A DNA stretch of 20,000 nt. Origin: Hydrurus foetidus (taxonomy: Eukaryota). The stretch is taken from the NCBI GenBank assembly GCA_900617105.1, contig UYFQ01000473.1, positions 50,781-70,780 of the forward strand, written 5' to 3'. Shown piece by piece: positions 9,836 to 19,816 of this stretch. Position 1 is the stretch's first letter, and the number at the start of each line of letters is the position of its first letter. A program made the translations under genes and the position numbers. The notes below the pieces were generated by a model. It searched no databases. It worked only from the letters and a program-made list of their open reading frames with translations, and was not told where the DNA came from.

Positions 9836-12800
9836 CTAGGACCAGAAGGAAGAACCGTATAGCGCCACTTCTGCGTGGTGCTTTCCATCTGCTGTCTGTG
9901 CCATCATTTGAGCTCTGTACTCCTTCGGACCTAAAGCGACAAATAAGAGAAAAGGGAAAAGCGGGAGAAAAGAAATGAGGATAAGGAGGAGGACAAGATG
10001 GCGATTGAGGGATTTAAATGGTAAATCGGCGCTCCTACTGTATCACGTTTAGCGAATGTTTAGTGTAGTGCAGCGGAGAACAGTTTGGTGTACTGTAGTA
10101 CGTGTGCTGCTCTACTGCTCACCAGAAATAGGGACAAAGCGGACTGCTATCTTGACGAATGAGCGGGGACGAAGAGTGACCTCGTTATGCAGCACAACAA
10201 ATGGTAAAGCGCAGTCTCCGATGTAGACCGTCACCTGTTGTATCGTATTTTAATGATGAGGAATGAGAGCGGGTACGACACGGTACAAGAGAAAAGAAGG
10301 AGTCCTAGAAGAATATTGAACAATCGGATGCATGACGAAGGGAGCAAATGGAGCTTCACTGACAGACGTACTAAATAATCGCATTTGATTTAAAAAAACA
10401 CTCAAACTACACACCTCTTCGGAACTCGCATTGCACAGTTCAACTTTCTGCCTTGAATTCGTTCCTATCGCTGTCATTCCGAAACTCGTTACTTGGCTTC
10501 TAAAGTACAGAGTCGGAACGGGAGATCTGCGTACTTCGGAATTCTGAAAGTCCACGGTCCTTCCGACCACAGGAATAGTGCGGTGGATTCCGGAATCTCT
10601 GAGATCCAAGATCTCTGTGTCTATGTGTGTGTGTGTCTGTGGGTGAAGATTCGATGATGGAATGTGTGCTGCACTTGAGGAGGATATGTTACTTTTTCTA
10701 TTTCTCTCTATATCTGCCTGTGCCCTCGAAAGTGACGTCATGATGGCCCGGTCCGATAGAACGGGCCGGTCTATCCGTGCCCCCCTCCAAGCAGAGGAGT
10801 CAAGTGTAGGGCCCATTTTCCTACTCGGACTGGACTCCTTCAAGAACGAGACAGACTGGGACTCCATGGCAGATGACAATGCATCATTGTGCTGTACGTT
10901 GGAGCGGGTGGAGGAGTTGTGACGGATATGCTGAGGTGTTGACATCACGTCACATTCCCTCTGCATGCTCCTACCACGCATTATCTCCGGGGATGCCCTT
11001 GGAGAACCTGAGATATGAATTGGAAAAGGAGTTAGAAGAAGCGTTATATTCTGATGAGACTGTTACACTTCGAAAATAAGGATTACACTTCGTGAAGACA
11101 CTTCAATTTTTCTCACCAGATCGTATAGTTGGACCAACTAATCTGTACCTCTCCATCTCCAACCAGTGTCTAACTTTGTCCTGCTGCATCACACTAGAAC
11201 TATTGTGTGCGTTTGAGACATTGACAGTGTTACACGCACTTCTCTCTACTTCTTCTTCTTCGCGTCTTGCACTGGAACTCTTTGCAGTACGTTCTGGACT
11301 ATAGAAGGCATTTACTCTGAGAAGATTATCAGGATTTGCTGCCTGAGAACGTTCTCTTTTACTCGTCAATGCATCTAATGCTTGGTCAGCTGATGACTGA
11401 CTCTGACATAACAATTGTCCCGCTGTATCATCAGCGGTATACTTTCCCACATAAGACTCTCCTTCCAATCCATTGTGTGATGTCCCATTTGTGACCTTTA
11501 GTGGGTGCGCAGGATCTGAATCCGAACAAGATGCAGCGCACAGCGGACGAGGGGATGGACCTTGGACTTCACCGCGCAAGAGCATCACAAATGACTGAGA
11601 AAGTGAATAAATGGAAGTAATTTGGCAGCATAGCAATCAGCATCTTGTATCTCGTAAATTGCAAATATTGATGATGTGATAGAAAGGGTTTGGGGAAAGA
11701 TTCTCTGTTGATGCTCACCTTATTTCCGGCTCTCATCTTGAGCACTCCACTATACACTCCACTGCTATCGGCAGCAGGGGAAAAAGTGACGTGCAGAACA
11801 TTCTCTGTGTCGGGTAGAAGCGGAAGAGATTCGGGCGTGACTGAGAAGATCGGTTGACAGGGACTAACACTACCATTGTGTCTTTCTCCCTGTTCTCCTC
11901 TAACTCCCTCTCTGTCTTCTGCAAAGTGGCTTGCTCTAGAAACACCGTGAGAGGGTTCTTTGCTCACCACTGTATGTGAGGACGGTTCGTACCGGACCAA
12001 GATAGCCTTTGGCCGTAAGGTAATAACTTGTGGCCGATTGTTACCGAATGTAAGCGCCACTGTAGTACAATCCCCCGGGGGAGATTTCAAGATTATTTCC
12101 TTCATTTCTACAGATGCATCCTTCCTTCTTTTTTTCTTTGTGACCATCAGACAGGGCAAAGGGACGGATTGAGGACCAGCCATACGACTTCTCTCCCTCT
12201 CCTTGTCCCCTCTTTTGGATCTAGAACCATAGACACTCGTACTAATTCCTGGAGACCCAGACCAGCTCTTCGGAACGTCAATGGAGATTGTTGTCGCACA
12301 TGTGAGCATTGCCGAGGAGTCAAGATCCTCCGTATAGCAAACACTTCTCTCCATTACATCTCCCGCTGTTTTGACATCTAGTGGTATTCCCACATTGGAA
12401 GAGGTGTCAGTACTCCTGCATAAAGCGTTACTAGGAATGTCGTCCACATTCTCATGGGAATCCACGGACCCGAAAGAATCATTTGTCTGTTGTTGTATTC
12501 CGCTCAGCACGTACTCTCTGTCTTCATTACCTTCTGCATCGATGCTGACATCGCTATTTCTTAGGATTTTCAGAACAGCAGATATTTCTTGATTCTGACT
12601 ACGTTCACTCTCACTACCACACTCATCTCCACTTCCATCCTGCGCGCACTCTAATGCGAATATGCTCGATTCTTGGGTGTGCTCTCCATCTGATGCATCG
12701 TGATTGTCAGCACACACGGATGAGGTAGGGAGGGCGTGGAGTAATAGAATGAGCGCATCTGCCGCAGCCGCGTCTTCTGTGACTCTTGCATCTTTGTGAG

Positions 12801-15717
12801 ACATACGCACCGCACTGCCTAATAAGGATGGAGACCGAGACAATGGACTACTTACCCTCCCTCCACAATTATCTAAAGGATCCATGCAGTAGGGTGTGTA
12901 CCCCCCAGGGGTGGCGAATGAGAAGGGACGGGATGGAGTGGGCGACCCCTGCCACGCGTCACTTCGACTGAAAGGACCCCTGTGCACTACCGGGGTGTTC
13001 GCAGTGGAGTAGCTGAGGGAGTTTGGCACTAGAGGCAATGAAGGAGAGTTACCGTGTGGGCCCCAGAGTAACTCATCCAGACCTGGGCAGTGCAAGGCCC
13101 CTTCACCTGCACTCCTTCTGACTTCTCCTCCTCCTATACCCTCGTCGATTTCTCCCTCTTCCAACACTTCCCCATTTGCCTTTAAGATCTGAACGAGCGG
13201 TCTCGATTCTCTACTAGTGCTGCGTGGTCGGTAAGATTTGGACGGTACCGGTGTATGCAGAAGGTTGTATGATGGACTTGCACTGTTCTTGAGAGCACTC
13301 TTAGGAGCCCTCTGCTGCATCTTGTCAATGGGGGACTGAAGGGACAGCCATGAGGTCGGTCCTGCTGTTCTGATGATGTCACCGCTGCTAGGAGTGATTG
13401 CCTTCTTGATGACGTCACCGCTGCTGGGACTTATCCCCCTTGCGGACGACATGGACATGGGACCAGCACCCATGTTTCGGGACGATGAGGGAGTCGATGT
13501 GGGAGTCCCTCTGCGCATCCTCTCCTCTCTAGCGGCTCTCATTAGCGAGTCGTACTCAACGAGGCAGAAGGAATCCTCGGGAAGCTTGCGAATTACGTTG
13601 GAATTGACGCCGCTGTCCGCTGAGAAGCACAAGCTTGAGTTGTCTTCCTCCTCTTCATCGTAGCTTGATGTGATGCAGTCTGCAGCTTGACTGGACTTGA
13701 CACCTCTTCTATCTCCCCCTTGACCTTTATTAACTCCTCTTTCTAGTCCTACTTGGGTTTGCATGGACGCTCTGAGATTGATGTCACTGCCCTTCATGCC
13801 CCTTGAAGTAGTACAGGGATAATAGGTGTCTGCAAGAGATCGTGAAATACCATTTATTGAAGCTGTGATGCTATGCACGGTATCAGCTAGGTGCTTCCGG
13901 TCACTCAGAGTCTCCACACAGACTGCTTTGGGAGTCAGGGGGACACGGGTCGGGCCTCCCATCGTCCTGGGGAACGAGAAGGGTGATCCTCTGAGGGACG
14001 GGTTAAGACTGGCGGACCGCAATTGCACTCTAGACACATGTTCGGACCCGTTCTGAGGTGTCCATTCATCACTGCTTGTTTCATCCTCGTGGTTGTAATA
14101 ACAGTCCCCCTTGACGATTGGCGTAGAGGGGTCGTTCATGGTCTCTTTGTCCTGGATGGAGATGCAGTCCATTGATACAGTGACCTCGTCTACACCGCGT
14201 AATCCGCTCTCTTCTTCATGCTCTGACAACGCAAGAGAGAGACCGTGTAGATTTTCTGGAGATGTATGCATGTACCTTTCCTCGGTCACAGCAATATCTC
14301 TTCTAGTCAAAGTGGATGGGGAGTTCAGTGCTACGAGAGATAGTCTAGCTCGCTTAGGAGACAGACACAGCACCGACACAGGGGCATTGAAATCGCCCTC
14401 CACTTCTGGAATAAAGGCAATATCAGAGGAGATATCCAGCAGTCCATTCGAATCGTATTCTGATGAAAATATGTCGGCTACCTCTTCCTTCTTTACGCTG
14501 TCACCGCTTGCATCTTGATCGATATACTGCTGCTGTGAAAGTGCTTTGATTAAAGCCTTCTGCGCTGACCATGGCTTCGGACTCTTTCTGGGACTGCGCG
14601 TATTCCCTTTACTCCTGTTGGGTGTTGTATCTGACGATTTAACATCTCTGCGGGTACTGCTCTGTGTTGGCTTCGCATGGGATCTCTGCATGCTTGGTCT
14701 TGACAGAGATACACCGCCTCCACTGGAGCGAGGACTTAAACCGCCCTTTTGGCTTGCAGTTGGCTGTGGGGTCACGGAGGAACTGATAGCTGTGACAATC
14801 TGAAGTGCGCATTCTTCCTCTGGTAAGAACAGTGGTCTCGAAGAAGATGGCAACTGACGTGAAATATTGCATGAAGTCTCAGCGGGGGAGAAGAACACAA
14901 GTCCTAGGGCCTCGCTAAATCCAATTTTCCCAGTGTTGTTGCTTTTGGATGCATCCTTTGCAGGGAATATTTTATGCGGCGAGTCATACGACGAAATCGA
15001 TCTCTCATTCTTTCTTTCTTGAGTAGCCCTTCTGCTGCTGTTGATTGTTACTCTCGGCTTCCTTAAGAGAGACTGACGATTCCCTTTTCCATCAATCTTT
15101 TTATTGCCTGGCGATGCAAACAAAATTTTAGTGCTTCTCGATGAATCATCTCTCGAGATCGACCCGCTACTACTATTTAGCCTAATTCTAATTGCCTTTG
15201 ACACTGAACCCTTCGGGGACTTCGACTTCGATGCAGAAGGATCACCACGATCTGAATAAGCTGTCATATTTGAATCTGTTTTTAAGTCTACAGCCCCAGA
15301 CTGCTGCCGCTGAAATAGTATTGTTGATATTCTTTGAATTGTTTTCCTAGCCGGAGATGCTCCACTTCTCGACGAGAAAATATCTTTCGAAGCTGACTGG
15401 ACTAACGTCTGGTTATCAAGATTGCGATGAAGCTTGGATGTAAAGTTCGCTGCGTCATCAGTTTTGCTCTCGTACAAAGACTTCAGAGGACTCCGCATCT
15501 CCGCAGAAAATTTCTTTTCAATACTTGCGATGTTACTTCCGTCACTATTCGGCGATAGATGCTGAGCCTTCAGTGGACGACGACAAGGTTTTGATGCGCC
15601 GGAGTTCTCGTTGGATGAAATGAAGGGAGAGACCAGTCCCTTTCGAGATTCGTTTGATGTCTGGCCATCGTCTGGTTTGATATTCTCAATTTCAGGGGAA
15701 TTCCACGAAGTCCACAT
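9836..15717 (-). CDS. CEP192/Spd-2-like ASH (ASPM-SPD-2-Hydin) domain protein, ~1758 aa. Exons (minus): 15717-11719, 11594-11117, 11007-10415, 10234-10123, 9930-9836
   Basis: Four GT-AG introns with consistent phases (0,1,0,1) give a 5277-nt CDS ending in TAG. The spliced C-terminus FGMTAIGTNSRQKVELCNASSEEVTVYIGDCALPFVVLHNEVTLRPRSFVKIAVRFVPISGPKEYRAQMMAQTADGKHHAEVALYG resembles, from memory, the last ASH domain of CEP192. A second ASH-like domain reads ...VALTFGN...FSVTPESLPL...VLHVTFSP...YSGVLKMRAGNKSFVMLLRGE. The rest is Ser/Pro/Arg-rich disorder. The gene structure is firmer than the orthology. Confidence 0.75.
13372..13432 (-). repeat. 36-nt-period tandem duplication within coding exon (ISPSSGDVIKKA/ITPSSGDIIRTA)
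   Basis: gatgatgtcaccgctgctaggagt and gatgacgtcaccgctgctgggact occur 36 nt apart, in frame. Confidence 0.8.
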
Positions 15718-16133
15718 TTCCAGTGATATTATGATTCCAACTGGACTCAGATAGGCTGAATAGTTGCTGGATTCCAGGGACTCTGTTGATAACGGTCACT
15801 GTCAGTCGTAACGGGGATATGCGACATAGAGCGCTGCAAAGCAGCAGCTCAGACTGGTTCAAAATCAAAGAATATAGCCGTTGCCACTGAAAAACTTACA
15901 TTTAGCATCTAAAATGTTCAAATGCCTCTCATAAAATGGAAGCGCATCTAAATATTGTTTGATCACAACACGAGTATAGTGCTGATCATGTCTTAAATCA
16001 GAATCCAAATCAGAGAAAGACTTTTCAATCATGCTCAGCTCCCAGCAGAAAAATTACATTTGTTACTGAGACGCAAAGAAACAACACAGCAATGAATAAA
16101 AAATATTTTGTATTTCAGCTTTCAGCTGCATGG

Positions 16134-16169
16134 CGAGTATATCACTAATGCCGAATATATCACTATTGC
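16134..16169. repeat. Tandem 18-bp direct repeat upstream of the CEP192-like gene
   Basis: CGAGTATATCACTAATGC / CGAATATATCACTATTGC (2 mismatches). Confidence 0.75.
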
Positions 16170-16576
16170 GATGTCATTTTAGCAGAATAAGACGAATTAT
16201 TCACATTAGCGAGTGTGTTCTATCGGGCGATCGAAAATCTCTGTATCTGAAGTCGTGAAATCACCAACGATCGCTCAAAATCAAAAAACTTGGTCATAAA
16301 AAAAAAGAAGTCAATCATATGGCATGTCAATTTATCTTCCTCGTCATCGCGTTCGGACTTTGTCACGGAGCCATCAATGTACTGGATCCTTGCATTATTG
16401 GTTTTAGGAGGGTGCCGAGGGCTCAGTGGATTTTAGTAAAATAACGAAAGTTCAGATTACTGATGTGTCGGAGTCTCAAAGTCACAATTGAGCTCTTTTT
16501 TTTATTTTTTATACGAACAAAAGTTTCACTGACAGATGAACCAAGGGGGTATACAAAGACAGGGGACATAAGCAAC

Positions 16577-16794
16577 TGTGACCCGCACACCCGTACGGGC
16601 TGTACGGGTACAGGCGTACGTTCGGACCGGATCGAGGACGATCCGATCCATCCGATTCATTGCCATGATACCTGCTGTGTTTACCTGTAAGCTAACCACA
16701 TTGTTTTCCATAGCAATAGCTCTTCCAGCACCCTTTCCCTTGCTCCCGCTCCCAGCCGTTCCGCTCCCAGTGCCTAGATCCTAGTGAGGCCACA
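16577..16794 (+). repeat. Candidate 5' LTR (~218 bp)
   Basis: Begins TGTGACC and ends GGCCACA (TG...CA, 6/7 inverted terminal match), about 550 nt before the gag ATG. The 3' LTR is outside the window, so the boundaries are unconfirmed. Predicted target-site duplication is GCAAC (16572-16576). Confidence 0.6.
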
Positions 16795-17347
16795 ATACCG
16801 GTATTTGGAACCAACTAGCGATCTCTAAGATCCCAGTTGACCAAACGTCCAAATCAAAAACCCCGCAACGACCGTAAAACAGTCTGCGCAAACAAGTTGA
16901 GTAACTCTCTAAGAGTGAAAACCACCCCAAACGATACTACAAAGGTCTCGTCAACGCGACAGCCTCTGAATCGTAGTCGTTCGCGACCTCAAATATTGGC
17001 GATTTATTCCCAAAATATCGTGCAGCTCTTCTACGCGAAGGCTTACGAAGGAAAGGAACTTGCAAGCAAGTAACACCTCCCAAACTCGTTCACGAACGAA
17101 ATCCAACGCGCCCACGCCCAGCTTCGTTCCTTACGAAGCCGCCGCCCACGTCCAAATTTTGTTGCGATTTCCTCCCGAAATCGCACCAAACCATTCCAAT
17201 CCCTCTGACTCCTACTACCACATCCTTAACCTACTAGTCCTCACCCTCGAACAACCTACTCCTCTTTTCCCTACATCACCGCGTCCGAGTCCCGTCGCTG
17301 TCCAAGACGCAGAGTTCCAGTGAGATAACGGCGACCAAATTTCCACG

Positions 17348-19363
17348 ATGGTTAAGGCCCAAAAAACCAAGAAAGAGAGCTCTAGCGAAGCTAGCTCGTC
17401 TTCCAAACGCCCCAAACCCCAAAATATCCTCTTCCTATCGGATAAAGAGAAGGCTAAACTCGAGCGTCTCGCTCGAGAAGACAATATAGCCAACTCCATG
17501 AAGACGCTGGGCAAATCGGCTATCAAAGCCTCGAGCACCCATACGCGCGTATCCGATGAATTGGCGGCAAACGAAGCACGCTTCCTGCAGCTACAACAAG
17601 AACGTGAACGCAATCGCGTGCGACTTGAAGTGCTGCAGGAACAGGCTGACAACAGATCTGATCTCGAAGATCAAGAACTGAAAGACTTGTCAGCCTGGAT
17701 GCAAGAGACAAATGACTTACACAGTCTAAACCCTCAGTCAGATGAGGATGGCTCTCCAATCCGACCCCAAACCGAAGAAGAAGAGGATATCAATCCTTCT
17801 CAAACGGAAGAGGGCGACGACAAAATCGGTACCAAAATATCTCCGAAGGAAATTCTCTCCGACGATGATAACGCCTCGGTGTCTGACAACGCCTCGGAAG
17901 AGGCGGAAGACGAACAAACCAACGACGAAACCGAAGAGGAAGACAACAACCCCGACGATACCAAGTCCAAATCGGACGAGGAAGATCAAAGTGAGTCGGA
18001 AGCGTCAACCCCACCGTCACCAAAACAGAAAAAGAAAAAGGCTATGCCAATCAAACCCCTTGCCAAAACAAGGGAGGCAAAACCACTCTCTGCCGTCCAA
18101 TCTGAAGACAAACCCACGCGTGCCACCAGATCCAAAACGTCGAAAGCAACGGTAGCAGCTGCAAAGAAGTCAGCGACAGCTTCCACGAAAGCGGCTGCCA
18201 CTTCAAACCGCAAACGCAAAACCGAAGAGACTGACACAGTCTTCGAACAACAACGAACACCCCAAGCACTCACAACCTCCCTCATCAACATGAAGGAAGT
18301 GTTCTATGTAACACGTGAGACATTACTGAAGGACATGGACGGCACAGCCCGAAAGTTCTATACACAGGCGCACCGCCCTCAGTTTAATGCACCTTGGAAG
18401 GATCTCATCGAAGACGAAGCTGTTCATGTGATCCGAGACAGTCTCCTTCAAAATCGAAAGACTCTCGGATACACAATCAAAATGTGTCAAACCTGGCCCA
18501 TCATCGACGACAAACTCCTGTCCATTCGCGACATGGCCACCGATCTCAAGAAACTCTTCTTCAGTGATCGCGCCACAGAGTCTACCTATGACTTGGACCT
18601 TGCCCTGAAAAACTGGCAAATGAAGATCAAATGGCAAAACCCAAACGTAGAGTTGGCGGCAATTGCACGACTCCGAGACATCCTCTTCGGATACTACGGC
18701 AGCTACGACAATATACCTGCAGACCGCCAACATGAGATCTGTAAGATCATCTACAAAAAGCTCCCTCTTGATAATAAGTTCACTGAAAACTTCATGAACA
18801 TTACAAAGGACAAAACAAGAAACAACAAAAAGGATTCCATCCCAAACATGTTGTGCCGAATGAATCTCTGCCTCAGTGAAGCTCGGCAAACAGTTATCAA
18901 CGCGTCCAACATGGGTGGTCTTCGTTACGACTTCGAGACCAAAATCACGCCCGACTCATTGTCGTCCAGCAACACAACGCAGCTCTCCGCCTCCTACCGC
19001 ACGATACCCAAACGCGAATCCGACGCCTACCCAGGTCTGAGCAAAACAATCGATAATTGCCACACCTGCGGTCGCCAAGGACACAATCGCTACGATTGTC
19101 GCAACTTCATGAATCCTCATTGCAACAACTCGTATACCACGTGGAGTCAATCCACGTTGGCAACGGAGTTCAGGAGAATTGGCCACGACCATTTCGTCCC
19201 AAACGTCCTACTCAATGGCGAAATGACCAGGACAACCAACAATCCTGGCGCGGCAACATACGTCTACCCAACCGACGACGTCGAAACTGACATGGGTCCC
19301 GCTGCAAAAGACGACCCTCGCAAGAACAACAACAACAACAGCAAGAACAACAAAGCCAAAGCC

Positions 19364-19396
<33 letters not shown>

Positions 19397-19816
19397 CGCA
19401 ACAACGACCGGTCCAACCGCGACAACGACCGCAAAGACAATCGCGACACCGATCGCAACGAAAACCGCGATACTCGCGACATCAAAGACCGCGGGTACAA
19501 AGGAAAAAGTGAGTCCAAAATTCCGTATGCGGAAAATATCTCAGAAAATCGTATTTTGCCAAACATGCAAATGCTTTTATCAACAATCATACCTAACGAG
19601 ATTGATGATTACTTACAAGTAACAATATATCTTCCTCAGACCCAATCCCCGGCTACCGCTTTGGCGACCGAGTTGACAGCCGCGACCGCGACTCCAACCG
19701 CAAAGACGACTCGCGCCAAGCGGAAAAGACAAAGACAAAGATCGCCGCGATCGAGACCGGTCCCCACCCAAATCTTCCTCCAGCTATGGACCAAAATAGC
19801 GGCATGGCCGCCCTAG
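17348..19816 (+). CDS. gag: Retrotransposon Gag-like protein, 822 aa in the unspliced reading
   Basis: Uninterrupted ORF with the zinc knuckle CHTCGRQGHNRYDC at 19058-19099. It also has an N-terminal coiled-coil/acidic region, a central helical-looking region, and poly-Asn and R/D-rich tracts. Confidence 0.85.
19325..19396 (+). repeat. (AAC)n trinucleotide tract encoding poly-Asn in Gag
   Basis: aacaacaac... encodes NNNNNSKNNKAKANNNNNNNNNNN. Confidence 0.95.
19509..19639 (+). other. Putative spliceosomal intron at the gag-pol junction (alternative acceptor at 19783)
   Basis: Donor AA|GTGAGT, branch-like CCTAAC (19592-19597), acceptor TCTTCCTCAG. About 34% GC versus about 57% and 68% in the adjacent 60-nt flanks (hand count). 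Removal joins gag to the protease frame. Confidence 0.65.

Noticed and set aside
16687..16713. GTAAGCTAAC...TTTTCCATAG mini-intron-like motif inside the LTR
   Set aside because: Only 27 nt, while the other introns here exceed 100 nt; probably chance.
16837..17323. Two short ORFs in the retroelement leader
   Set aside because: Both start at TTG with no recognisable motif, and the A/C-rich strand is naturally stop-poor.
10662..19590. Numerous antisense or alternate-frame ORFs overlapping the CEP192-like gene and gag
   Set aside because: Shadow ORFs of real coding sequence with no independent evidence.
19768..19774. CCCAAAT as a -1 slippery heptamer
   Set aside because: It is phased C CCA AAT in the pol frame, not the gag frame, so it cannot mediate a canonical gag-to-pol -1 shift.
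248..19816. Functional link between UPF2 (NMD) and the retroelement's stop-containing unspliced RNA
   Set aside because: They are 11 kb apart with unrelated genes between, and eukaryotic proximity alone is no evidence.
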